From: Candidatus Aminicenantes bacterium
GTDB lineage: Bacteria > Acidobacteriota > Aminicenantia > Aminicenantales > Saccharicenantaceae
Reading direction: 5' to 3'
Length of the DNA stretch: 64,000 nucleotides
NCBI GenBank assembly: GCA_963805045.1
Contig: CAWDTC010000012.1
Span: 64,211-128,210 of the forward strand
Shown here: piece by piece, positions 33,031-43,174 of the stretch
How the letters are laid out: every line of letters begins with the position of its first letter
How positions within the stretch are numbered: position 1 is the stretch's first letter
Program-made: the position numbers and the translations under genes
Notes under the pieces: generated by a model
Told to the model about the DNA's origin: nothing
Seen by the model: the letters and a program-made list of their open reading frames with translations, nothing else
The model's database searches: none

Positions 33031-33524
33031 CCTGTGGCAAGACGGAACGCCTGATCCTCGAGTCCGAGGACCGGCCCCTCGACGCCGCCGAGCGGCAGAG
33101 GCTCGACGGCCACCTCCGGGACTGCGCCCGCTGCCGGGCCTTCGCGGCCGGACGCCGAGCGCTGCGCGGGGCCCTGGCCGAGGTCCGATGGCCGGACGCC
33201 CCGCCGTCCGTGGGCGCGGGGACGCGGCGGCTGTGCCTGGAGGAGCTGGCGGGGGCCGGGGCGGAGAGGGGGCGGAGCGGGACGGGACGGGCGCGCGTGC
33301 CGGTCCCGGTCGCCGTCGCCGCCGTCCTTTTCGCGGTCCTCGCGGCCGTCTGGATCGCCGGCGTCCTGGCCGACCTCAAGCCCGGCGAGGCCATCCCCGC
33401 GATGGCCTGGCTGGCCGTCGCCGTCATCGCCCAGAACGTGCTCGCGCTCTTCCTGGCGCCGGTCGTCCTGGGCGCGGGCCGGCCGGACGGGGACGGAGAT
33501 CCCCGGTCCGCTCAACGTGTATAA
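33027..33524 (+). CDS. probable anti-sigma factor (zf-HC2-like, membrane anchored)
   Basis: ATGA overlap with the sigma gene. Contains LDGHLRDCARCRAF and two hydrophobic helices. Confidence 0.65.
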   Translation: MTCGKTERLILESEDRPLDAAERQRLDGHLRDCARCRAFAAGRRALRGALAEVRWPDAPPSVGAGTRRLCLEELAGAGAERGRSGTGRARVPVPVAVAAVLFAVLAAVWIAGVLADLKPGEAIPAMAWLAVAVIAQNVLALFLAPVVLGAGRPDGDGDPRSAQRV

Positions 33525-33534
33525 GGAGATTCCC

Positions 33535-34088
33535 ATGACCACGAACAACAACACCGCGACCTGGGTGCTGGTCATCCTCGTCGCGCTCTTGGCCCTGCTG
33601 GCCTTCCGTTCGATCTTCTTCGTCCTGCCGTTCGGTTTCATCCCCGGCGTCGCCCACGTCTTCCGGGACGCGGGGCACTCCATCAACGGCATCTTCAGCT
33701 TCTTCCCCCTCATGCTCCTGCCGCTGGGTCTCCTGGCCCTCTGGGTCTTCGTCTGCGTCTGGGTCTACCGCGACGCCGAGGGGCGGGGGATGAACGGCCT
33801 GCTCTGGGCCCTCCTCGTCTTCATCGGCCACATCATCGGGCTGATCATCTTCCTCATCGTCCGCAGCGAGCGGGCGGCGCGGCCCCAGGCCCAGGCGCCG
33901 CCGGCCGCCGCTGCGAGAAATGCCCGAGCTGCGGGACCGAGGTCCGGACGGGCTACACCTTCTGCCCGCACTGCGGCAAGCCGATGAAAGCGGTCTGTCC
34001 GAACTGCAAGAAGCCGGTCCAGGCCGAATGGAAGGTCTGCCCGCACTGCGGCGCGAGCCTCGGCCCCGGGCGGACCGAGCAGGCCTGA
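33535..34088 (+). CDS. membrane protein with C-terminal double zinc ribbon, one frameshift
   Basis: Three or four TM helices. After the shift it reads KCPSCGTEVRTGYTFCPHCGKPMKAVCPNCKKPVQAEWKVCPHCG. Confidence 0.6.
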
Positions 34089-34147
34089 GCGTGGACGCGG
34101 GTTCCGGAGGCCTTGCCTCGGCTACCTCCGGGTGGTAGCATTATTTC

Positions 34148-34370
34148 ATGGAGTGGGTCAGGGTCCGCAGCACTGCGGGTGTGCCGGAAGCGGAGATCCT
34201 CCAGAAAATGCTCGAAGTCCTTCGGCATCCCGGCGAGGCTCTCCTACGAGTCCTATGGCCGGGTTATGGGCTTCACGACGAACGGACTCGGCGCCGTTGA
34301 CATCCTGGTTCCCGCCGAAAGAGCCCAGGAAGCCCGCGAACTCCTCGAGGCACCTCCCGCCGAAAAGTGA
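34148..34370 (+). CDS. DUF2007-like small protein (putative signal-transducing fold), one frameshift
   Basis: MEWVRVRSTAGVPEAEILQKMLE is followed by FGIPARLSYESYGRVMGF...VDILVPAERAQEARELLE. Confidence 0.45.
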
Positions 34371-34389
34371 GGGCGGCTGCCGCCGGTCC

Positions 34390-34859
34390 TCAGGTGAAGA
34401 TGATCTGGCCGCCGGCCGAGATCTCGTAGAACTTGCCGACGTTGATGACGGCCTCGACCTGGGGGCAGAAGTCCTCTTTCTTCAGCTTGAACATGTCGAC
34501 CGTCGCCTTGCAGCCGTAGAGCTTGGCGCCGGCGTCGTGGATCATCTCGATGAACTCGGGCACGGGCGGGATGTCGAGCTTGTCCATCGTCTTCATCATC
34601 ATCGCACGTGGCCATGGCCGAGAACCCCGGCAGGATCGCCCAGGAGCGACGGCATGTGCATGCCGGGGTTGCCGACCGTGGCGATCTTGATCTTCGCCAT
34701 CCGCTTCTTGACGATGGCGTCGAGGCCGAAGAAGGTGAAGAAGAGGTTGGCCTCGATGCCCTCCATGCGGGCGCCGTTGGCCATGATCAGCCCGGGGTAG
34801 ACGCCGTCCAGGCCGCCCTTCGAGATGACGATCGAAACCTTCTTGATCTTCTCGTCCAT
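34390..34859 (-). CDS. DsrE/DsrF-like (COG2210-type) sulfur-relay protein, one frameshift
   Basis: MDEKIKKVSIVISKGGLDGVYPGLIMANGARMEGIEANLFFTFFGLD, plus a C-terminal KLYGCKATVDMF...ISAGGQIIFT. A GGAGGGG RBS precedes the ATG. Confidence 0.7.
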
Positions 34860-34869
34860 GGTCCCCTCC

Positions 34870-35187
34870 TGAGACGCAGCCCTCGGGCTTCTTCAGGCCG
34901 GCGATCTTGGCCGCCTTCTTGGCCGGCCCGCCGGGGAAGAGCTCGTAGAGCTCCTTGGTGGCGACGACGCCCGTCTTGTTGATGCGGCGGATCGACGGCG
35001 CCTGGCCGGTCTCCTTGAACTCCTTCTGCATGTACTCGATGACCTTCCAGTGCGCGGGGAGGAGCTCGGCGATCCCCTCCTCCCGGGCGATGGCCGCGGC
35101 GATCTCGCGCGTCCACTGGGCCGGGTCGGTCATGAACCCTTCGGCGTCGACCTCGACGGTGGCGTTCCCGTATTGTTTCTGGGGCAT
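34870..35187 (-). CDS. DsrC/TusE-family protein ending PEGCV; no in-frame stop as sequenced
   Basis: MPQKQYGNATVEVDAEGFMTDPAQWTREIAAAIAREEGI...LFPGGPAKKAAKIAGLKKPEGCV. The next codon is TCA where a stop is expected. Confidence 0.8.
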
Positions 35188-35246
35188 TTTTCCCTCCTTA
35201 TCGGTCTTTTCCGTCGCCCGTGGGCGCCCGGCGCGCGCCGGCTTCT

Positions 35247-36492
35247 TCAGGCGTCCTTCGGGCGCCTCTTCCCCGCCATCTTCATCCGGGCCGGGACGAA
35301 CGGGATCGGCCGGCCCTCTGAGCAGCAGGTTCCAGTACATCCAGCGGAAGGCGAGCTTCCCCAGGTGGTTGACCCGGCTCGGCTGCAGGAGCGGCATCGG
35401 CCCGACGACGGGGAAGGGGAAGCGGCCCGGCAGGGGCTCGGTCTCGTAGTTGAAGTCGATCAGGATGGCCTTGCGGCGCCCGGTCTCGACGAAGCAGTTG
35501 GCGTGGCCGTCGAAGGACGGCTCGAGCGGCTTGCCCTCGATGGCCCGGAGGATGTTCTCCGCCAGCCCCTCGGACTGGAAGTGGGCCACGGAGCCCGCCT
35601 TGGAGGCCGGCACGTTCGAGGCGTCGCCGATGACGAAGATGTTCTCGTGCTTGAGCGACCGGAGGGTCGCCGGGTCGGTCGGGACGAAGCGGAGCTCGTC
35701 GCCGAGGCCCGAGCGCTCGATCATCTCGGCGCCCATGTTCGTCGGAACGGTCACGAGGAGGTCGTAGGGGACCTCGCGGCCGTCGTAGGAGACGAGCTTG
35801 CGGGAGGCGGCGTCGACGCGCTCGGCGGCAAAATCGGCCTCGACCCGGATCCCCCGCTCCTCGAGGAGGGCGCCCAGGGCCTTCGAGGCGACCGGCTTGG
35901 TGAAGGCGCCGGACAGGGGCGTCACGAAGACGAGCTCGATCGCCTCGCGCCGGTGGTGGCGGCGCAGGCACCAGTCGCAGAAGAAGGCGAACTCGAGCGG
36001 GGCGACCGGGCACTTGATGGGCATCTCGTTGACGTGGACGACGAGGCGGCCGCCGGGGAAGGCCTTGAGCTTCGCGGCCAGGGCCGTGGCGCCGTCGGCC
36101 GTGTAGAAATCGAAGATCGTGTCCCGCCAGCCGTCGAGCATGCCCGGCGTTTCCGAGGGCGCGATCTCGGCCCCCGTGGCCACGAGGAGCAGGTCGTACG
36201 GGACGCGCCGGCCGTCGGCGAGGAGGACGGCGTTCGCGGCCGGGTCGACCCGCTCGATGCCGGCGACGACGAACTCGACCCCTCGCGGCAGGAACTTCGA
36301 CTTCTTCTTGAGGACGTCCTCCGTCGTGTAGAACCGAAGGGGATGAACAGGAAGCCGGGCTGGTAGTAGTGGTCGTCGTCCTTGTCGATGACGGTGATCG
36401 ACCAGTCGCGACGGTCCAGGCGCCGGTCGGAGGAGGTTGGCCATGATCGTGCCGCCCGTGCCGGCCCCGAGGATGACGAGCTTCCTAGCCAA
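35247..36492 (-). CDS. FAD-dependent pyridine nucleotide-disulfide oxidoreductase of the sulfide:quinone reductase type, frameshifted
   Basis: KLVILGAGTGGT (Rossmann), DHYYQPGFLFIPFG, VHVNEMPIKCPVAPLEF and IFVIGDASNVPASKAGSVAHFQ. The TTG start overlaps the stop of the glycosyltransferase gene. Confidence 0.75.
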
Positions 36493-37591
36493 GCTTGACC
36501 CCCTTGCGCGAGGCCAGCCGCTCGTAGAGGGCGATCGTCCGGCGGGCCATGGCCTCGGCCGAGTACCTGTCCCGGACGGCCTCCTGCCCGCGCTGGGCCA
36601 GCCGGGCGGCCAGGGCGCGGTCGAGATAGAGCTTGAGGACGGCCTCGGCCAGGGCCCTCGCGTCGCGGGGCGGGACACGGATGCCCGTTTCGCGGTGGAC
36701 GAGGACCTCCGGCACCCCGCCGGCCTCGGCGGCCACGACCGGCACCCGGCAGGCCATGGCGTCGAGCAGGCCGCCGCCGAAGCCGACGAGAGGCGAAGTC
36801 GTGACGAAGACGTCGAGCGAGGCCAGGACCTGCGGCAGGTGGTCGCGGAAGCCGAGGTAGAAGGAGAGGTCGTCGCCGTGGACGTCGTGGCCCTTCTTGT
36901 CCGGCTCGAGGCGCAGCGCGCCCTCGCCCAGGACGACGACGCGCGCCTTCGGGGCGTGCTCGACGATCGTCCGGGAGGCGGCGACGAGGTCCTGGTATTG
37001 CCGCGGCTCCTCGAGCCCGGTCACGACTCCGACCAGGAAGTCGTCGGCGGCGAAGCCGAATTCCCGGCGGAGGAAATCGCGGGAGGCGGGGTTCTCGTAG
37101 ACCGAGAAATCGATGCCCGACGGGATGACCTCGACGGCCGCGGCCGGGAGCCCGCCGCGGACGAGGACGTCCCTGAGCCCTTCGGAGCCGGCGATGACGG
37201 CGTCGATGCCCTTCATGCGGACGGCCGCCGGCCGGCCGGAGGCGTCGGGCTGCCGCGACAGGACGCGGAGCGGGACCTCGGCCCGGGCGGCCGCGGGCGC
37301 GCCCACGGCGGCGCCGGCCGCGTCCTCGAAATGGGCGAGGACGCAGCCCTCGCGCCGCATCCGCCCCGCCAGCCGCAGCGCCCCGAAGAAGCTCCGCCCG
37401 CCCGGCAGGTCGAAGGGCAGGACGGGCAGGCCCTCGGCGGCGGCGTTCTTGTGGAGCGGGCTCTCCGGCGCGACGACGAGGCGGGAGGCGAATCCCTGCT
37501 TCCGAAGCTCCCGGGCGAGGGCGAGGGCCTGGCGCTCCGCGCCGCCCCACTCCCGGCCGCCGTCAACCAGGAAAAGGCTCAATGTGCTCAC
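36485..37591 (-). CDS. glycosyltransferase family 4 (GT-B, GT1 clan)
   Basis: Intact 368-aa ORF with GGAERQALALAREL and FGGGLLDAMACRVPVVAAEAGGVPEVLVHRETG (E-x7-E region). Confidence 0.85.
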   Translation of the reverse strand: MSTLSLFLVDGGREWGGAERQALALARELRKQGFASRLVVAPESPLHKNAAAEGLPVLPFDLPGGRSFFGALRLAGRMRREGCVLAHFEDAAGAAVGAPAAARAEVPLRVLSRQPDASGRPAAVRMKGIDAVIAGSEGLRDVLVRGGLPAAAVEVIPSGIDFSVYENPASRDFLRREFGFAADDFLVGVVTGLEEPRQYQDLVAASRTIVEHAPKARVVVLGEGALRLEPDKKGHDVHGDDLSFYLGFRDHLPQVLASLDVFVTTSPLVGFGGGLLDAMACRVPVVAAEAGGVPEVLVHRETGIRVPPRDARALAEAVLKLYLDRALAARLAQRGQEAVRDRYSAEAMARRTIALYERLASRKGVKLG

Positions 37592-38337
37592 CTTTCTTCC
37601 AGATCGAGCGGAGCTTGGCCGAGCGCAGGAAAGCGCCGTAGCCGTCGAGGACGGAGATGACGAGCCCCGGGAAGCCGTCGAGGCAGCCGAGCTTGAGGAG
37701 GTAGGTCCTCAGGCACCGGAGCGTCGGCCGGGCGACGAGGCCGGCCAGCCGGGCCTTCCTGCCCTCGGCGTAGAGCCGCTGGGCCTCCAGGCCGGAGACC
37801 TCTGTTGACCCGGGCCGCGTGCTCGCCGATCGTGGCGAAGGGGAAGCGGTGGAGCGGGGACCCGAGCCGCTCGACCGGGCCGTCGAGGACGAGGCGCGTT
37901 TCGAGCGCGTCCCCCTCCCAACGGCCGCGGTCCCTCCGGAAGAGGCGCACGGGACGGTCCGGCGCCCAGCCCGAATGGCGGACCCACCGCCCGAGGTAGC
38001 TCGTCCGGCGGGGCACGGAGAAGCCGGCGCATTCCGGCTCCCGGCGGCGGAGCTTCAGGAGCTCGTCGCGGAGCTCCGGCGACAGGCGCTCGTCGGCCTC
38101 CAGGGCCAGGACCCAGGGGAACGAGGCCAGGCCGGCGGCGTGGTTCTTCTGGGCGGCGGGGTCGCCCGCGGCGCGCTCGTGGACGCGGGGCGTGTACTTG
38201 CGGGCGAGCTTCGCCGTGCCGTCGGCGCTCCCGCCGTCGAGGACGACGACTTCCGAGACGACCCCCTCGAGGCTCCGGAGGGCCGGTTCGAGCCGCTTCT
38301 CGTCGTTGAGGGTGACGATGACCGCCGAGATGTCCAC
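37563..38337 (-). CDS. glycosyltransferase family 2, frameshift near the C-terminus
   Basis: ISAVIVTLNDEKRLEPALRSL, VVLDGGSADGT and LALEADERL (DxD-like). Confidence 0.8.
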
Positions 38338-38391
38338 GCGGTCATCTTAGCACAGCGAAAAAAAGCAAGGCAAGAAAAAGAGAGACGAAGA

Positions 38392-38420
38392 GGGGACACG
38401 TACCTCCGGTACATGTCCCC
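38392..38420. repeat. palindromic element, family 2 (GGGGACAyGTACC ... GGTACrTGTCCCC)
   Basis: GGGGACACGTACCTCCGGTACATGTCCCC lies between the GT2 start and the TolC stop, followed by ...CCCGATTTA. Confidence 0.8.
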
Positions 38421-38433
38421 GTCTACTCCCGAT

Positions 38434-39994
38434 TTACTTAATATAATCCGTCAGGGTGATGTTCCGCGTCTCGAGCGTCGTGCCCGTGACCTTGGCGATG
38501 TTGGCCAGGGCGATGTTGTAGGTCACGAGGGCGCTCAGCTCGGCCGACCGCGCCGTGGCCAGCTGGTCCTGGTAGGTCAGGACGAAGTAGTTCGTCGAGA
38601 GGCCGACGTTGAGCTTCTTCGTCTCGGCCTCGAGCTGCTTTTCGGCCAGCTCGCGGGCGACCCGGTAGGCGTCGACGCTCTTGGCCGCCGTTTCCAGGGT
38701 CAGCACGGCGTCGCTGACCTCGAGGGCGACCTGCTGCTCCTGGTATCTTGAGCCGGGCCTGGGTCTGCTCGAGGTCGAGCTTGGCGTAGGCGTAGTTCGA
38801 CCGGCCGACGACGTCGCCGAAGGGGATGGTCAGGGTCAGGCCGACCGTCCAGTTGTTGTAGAGGAACTTGAAGGCGTCCCTGAAGGCCTGGCTGGCCTTG
38901 CCCGGGATCGTCCCGACGATGACGCCCGAGAACGGGTCGTTGTTCTCGTAAAGGATCTGGTCGCCCGAGATGCCGGGGCTCGACTTGACGACGTTGAGGT
39001 CGAGCTTCGGCAGGAGCTGGTTGCGGGCGACGGTGAAGTTGACCTTCTTCGTCTCGATGCCGAACTTCGTCGCGTCGAGGTCCGGCCGCCGGGCCATGGC
39101 CTTCGTCAGGGCCTCCTCGTACGTGATCTTGTAGGGCTTGAGCTCGGGCTTGTCGGCCGGCACGAGCGCCGACCCCTTGGCCGCCGGGTCGGCGTCCAGG
39201 TTGAGGAGGGCGGCCAGCTGGTCGCGGCTGCGCCTGACCTGGGCCTCGGCCTGGAGGATGTCCGCCTCGCGCCGGGCGACCGTCGTCTCGGCGTTGAGGA
39301 CCTCGATCGGCGCCTTCTGCCCGACCTCGACCTCCTTCTTCGTCTTCGTCAGGAGGTCGCGGCCGAGGTCGAGCGACTGCTGGAGGGCCTTGAGGTTCTC
39401 GTTCGCGTAGACGAGGTTCCAGTAGGCCTGCTCGACGTTATAGACGGTCGTGATGAGCGTCGTCTTGAAGTTGCTCCGGGAGACGTCGAGCGAGTTCTGG
39501 GCGACGACGATCGACTTGCGGCTGACCGTCCAGCCGAAGTTCCGGAGGAGCGGCTGGGTCAGGCTGAAGCTCAGGTTGCTCTGGTAGGACGGGTTGTAGT
39601 TCTGGAAGAGCTGGTTGACCTTCTGGTAGTTGTAGTTCAGGCCGACGGAGAGGCTCCCGCCGAGCGGGATCTGCTGGGTGATCGTCAGCGGGGAGTAGGC
39701 AGTCCGCTGGACGTAATTTCCGGAGTTCTGGAGGGCCCAGGTCGCCGGCTGCTCGTAGCGCTCCTCCTGGAGGCCGAGCTGGAACGTCGGCATGTACATC
39801 TCCTTGGCCAGGGAGACCTGCGCCCGGGAGATCTCGGGGCCGATGACCTCGGCCGCCACGTTGAGGTTGCCCTTGAGGGCCCTGACGATGGCGTCCTCGA
39901 GCGTCAGGGACATCTCCTTCTTCTCCTGTCCGAAGGAGAAGGCGCCGCACACGGCCAGGGCGATGAGGGTCGCACAGAGCATCCGCTTCTTCAT
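38434..39994 (-). CDS. TolC-family outer membrane efflux protein, one frameshift near the C-terminus
   Basis: Signal MKKRMLCATLIALAVCGAFSFG. LTLEDAIVRALKGNLN start and two OEP repeats. The C-terminal 90 aa are in ORF 38434-38706. Confidence 0.85.
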
Positions 39995-40107
39995 ATCGTC
40001 CTCCATTCAAGGCTTCTCGGAAGAGTGCCCGGTATCCCAGGATCCGCCGGACGGCGCAAAACCACCGTCCCTTATATATACGTTCCGGCCGGCCTTTCGT
40101 TCCGTTC

Positions 40108-41516
40108 TCACGCGGGCCACCGGATGCTGAGATGGATCATCTTGTTGAAGAGCGTCTTGCGGCTGATGCCGAGGATGCGGGCGGCCCGCGTCCGGTTGCC
40201 GCCCGTCTGGCGCAGGGCGTCGAGGATGAGGCCCTTCTCCGCCTCCCCGGCGACGCCCTGCACGGCGTCGCGCAGGGCCTGCGGCGTCCGGACCGGCGGA
40301 GCGGCCGCGCCGCCGGCCTCCGCGGGCGGGGCCGCGGCCGGCGCCCGCAGCCGCAGGGGCAGGTCGCGCTCGTCGAGCCGGCCGCCCTCGGACATGACCA
40401 TGGCCTCGTAGACGACGTTCTCGAGCTCGCGGACGTTGCCCGGCCAGGCGTAGGCGGCGAGCCGGTCCAGCGCCGCCGGAGTGACGCCCTGGACGTCCTT
40501 GCCGAGCTCGGGCGCGAATTTCCGGACGAAGTGCTCGACGAGGAGCGGCATGTCCTCCGGCCGCTCCCGGAGCGGCGGCAGCTCGATCGACAGCACGGCC
40601 AGCCGGAAGTAGAGGTCCTCGCGGAAGCCGCCCTTGCCGGACCTCGGCCTCGAGGTCCTTGTTCGTGGCGGCGATGACCCGGACGTCGACCGGGATGGTC
40701 TTCGTCCCGCCGACCTTGATGATCTCCCGCTCGCCGAGGGCCCGGAGGAGCTTGACCTGGGCGTCCTGCGAGAGCTCGCCGACCTCGTCGAGGAAGATCG
40801 TCCCCTTCTGGGCCAGCTCGAACGTCGCCCGTCTTCTCCGTCCGGGCGTCGGTGAAGGCGCCCTTGACGTGGCCGAAGAACTCGCTCTCGATGAGGTCGC
40901 GGGGGATGGCGCCGCAGTTGACGACGACGAACGGGCCGTCCCGCCGCGGGCTGGCGAAGTGGATGGCCCGGGCGACGAGCTCCTTGCCCGTGCCGCTCTC
41001 GCCGGTGATGAGGACCGTCCCGTCGACCCGGGCGATCTTCTCCATGAGCTGGAAGACGGAGTTCATCCGGCCGCTCGTGCCGACGATGTTCGAGAAGCGG
41101 TAGCGCGAGTGGAGCTCCGAGCGGAGCGTCTCGACCTCCGTCCGCAGCCGCTGGACCTCGAGGAGCCGCGCGACGACGAGGAGCATCTCCTCGTTGTCGA
41201 CGGGCTTCTCCAGGTAGGCGTAGGCGCCGAGCTTGGTCGCCTCGACCGCGCTGCGGATCGTGCCGTAGGCGGTGATGATGATGACGCCCGGCCGCCGGGC
41301 CGCGCCTCCTTCAGCCGGGCCAGGACGTCGAGCCCGGGCATGTCGGGGAGGCTCATGTCGAGGAGGACGACGTCGGGCCCGAAGGCGCCGGGCCGCTTCG
41401 ACCCCGGCCGTCCCGGTCTCGGCCGTCCGGACCTCGTAGCCGTGGTCCTCGAGGAGGAGGGAGAAGATGTCGCGGATGCTCTTCTCGTCGTCGATGATGA
41501 GGATCCTGGGCTTCAT
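40108..41516 (-). CDS. sigma-54-dependent response regulator (NtrC family: receiver, AAA+, HTH), frameshifted
   Basis: Receiver [19 protein letters not shown]+ domain with [19 protein letters not shown] and [13 protein letters not shown] (GAFTGA-type loop). [13 protein letters not shown]-terminal Fis-type [21 protein letters not shown]. Confidence 0.85.
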
Positions 41517-41532
41517 GGGCGCGCTCCGTCTC

Positions 41533-42786
41533 TCATCCCGCGGGCAGGGTGACGAGGACCGTCGTCCCCTCGCCGGGCTTGCTCCGGACCTCGATCTCCC
41601 CGCCGTGCGACTTGACGATGCTGTAGCAGATCGAGAGGCCCAGCCCCGTCCCGCCCTTCTTCGTCGTGAAGAACGGGTCGAAGATCCTGTCCATGTTCTC
41701 CTCGGGGATGCCCTCGCCCGTGTCGGCGACGCGGACGAGGACTCTGGCCGCCGCCCGGCGAGACGACCTCGACCCGGAGCCTGCCGCCGCCCTCCATGGC
41801 CTGGATGGCGTTGAGGAAGATGTTGAGGAAGAGCTGCTTGACCTGGGACTTGTCGCCGTTGAGGAGGACCGGCGCCGGCCGGGAACGTCGTCTCGACCTC
41901 GACGCGCGGCGGCGCGGGCCTGGAAGGAGATGAGGGCCAGGCTCTCCTCGAGCGTCACGACGAGGTCGTGACTGCTCCTTCTTGATCTCGGACGGCCGGG
42001 AGAAGGAGAGCAGCGCGGCCAGGATCTCGTCGATGCGGTCGGTCTCCTGGAGGGCGACGTCGAGGAGCTTCTTCTCCGTCTCCTGCCGGCACTTGCTCTC
42101 CAGGTACTGGAGGGAGGACTTGATGGCCGTCAGGGGGTTCCGGATCTCGTGGGCGGCGCCGGCGGCGAGCTCGCCGATCGTCGCCAGCCGGTCGGCCCGC
42201 GATCATCCGGCGGAAGCGCTCCCGCTGCTCCTTGTAGAGGAGGGCGTTTTCCAGGGCGATGCCGGCCTGGGGGGTCAGGGACTCGATGAAGGCCGAGCTC
42301 GTGCTTCGGTGAACCTCTCCGCCGTCCCTCTTCGGCCCGGACGCAGAGGATGCCGATGAGCCGGTTCATGGAGAGGAGCGGGTAGCAGAGCTCGAAGCCG
42401 AAGGCCCGGAAGACGTCCTTCTCCCGGTCCTCGAGATAGTCGAAGACGCCGGGCTGGGCGCGGACGTCGAGGAAGGTCTTGTTGATCTTGAGCCACTTGG
42501 CCAGGCGGTCGTGGGGCGAGAAGGCGACGTGCCTGAGGAGGGCGTCGTCGAGGCCCAGGCAGGCGGAGAGGCGGAACTGGGCCAGGTCGTTGTCGTAGAC
42601 GAAGAAGGCCAGCCGGTCGACGGGCACCGACTCCTTGACCGTGCCCAGGAAGTTGAGGGCGACCTGGTCGTAGTCCTCGATGAGGTTGAGGCTCTCGGCG
42701 AACTCCCGGAAGATGAGCCGCGTCTCGCCCTCGGCGACCTTGCCGCGCGGCGAGGCGGTGGTGGAAGGACGGAAGAGCGCGCTCAT
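41533..42786 (-). CDS. cytoplasmic sensor histidine kinase (GAF-like N-domain, HisKA, HATPase_c), frameshifted
   Basis: [12 protein letters not shown] is the H-box. The ATPase end reads [32 protein letters not shown]. No TM helix was seen. It lies 16 nt upstream of the response regulator. Confidence 0.8.
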
Positions 42787-43010
42787 CTTTTCAGGCCTTT
42801 TCCGGGCGGAGAGGAAAGCCTCGCGCAACAGGATACAGCAAACCGGGGGAATTGTAAAAGGCGGAGGCTTGGGTAATTCGGGTAGCGCATTTCCCATAGT
42901 TGGGTAAGTCCAGTAACACCTGCGCGCATCTTTTTCCCGGTACGCCCGACCTCGGGCCGCCCTCGAGCTCCCATACTGCAATATTCGGGCCGAATTCCGA
43001 TAAGCAGAGC

Positions 43011-43050
43011 AAGAGGGACAGTCCCCTCCCGGGGGGACAGTCCCTACTCT
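43011..43050. repeat. palindromic element, family 3
   Basis: AAGAGGGACAGTCCCCTCCCGGGGGGACAGTCCCTACTCTT lies in the divergent intergenic region, about 80-110 bp upstream of the sigma-54 promoter. Confidence 0.7.
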
Positions 43051-43125
43051 TCCCAACGGATCGGGCAGGCCGAAAGCGGCTGTCCCCTCCACTCCCGTCA
43101 ACTAATTTTACAGGCGGCCGGCGGT

Positions 43126-43141
43126 TGGCACCGGACTTGCA
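43126..43141 (+). promoter_or_regulatory. sigma-54 (RpoN) -24/-12 promoter
   Basis: TGGCAC-CGGAC-TTGCA matches the TGGCAC-N5-TTGCW consensus exactly. It is 34 nt upstream of the ATG at 43175 (RBS GGAGG) and divergent from the NtrC-type activator operon. Confidence 0.75.
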
Positions 43142-43174
43142 GAAACGGAGGTTGACACGAGTGGAGGAACATCC

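Noticed and set aside
34390-36678. 762-aa ORF that looks like a polyprotein of the SQR-like, DsrC-like and DsrE-like units
   Set aside because: Each unit has its own start codon and RBS and a family-typical end. The continuity results from frameshifts plus one missing stop codon.
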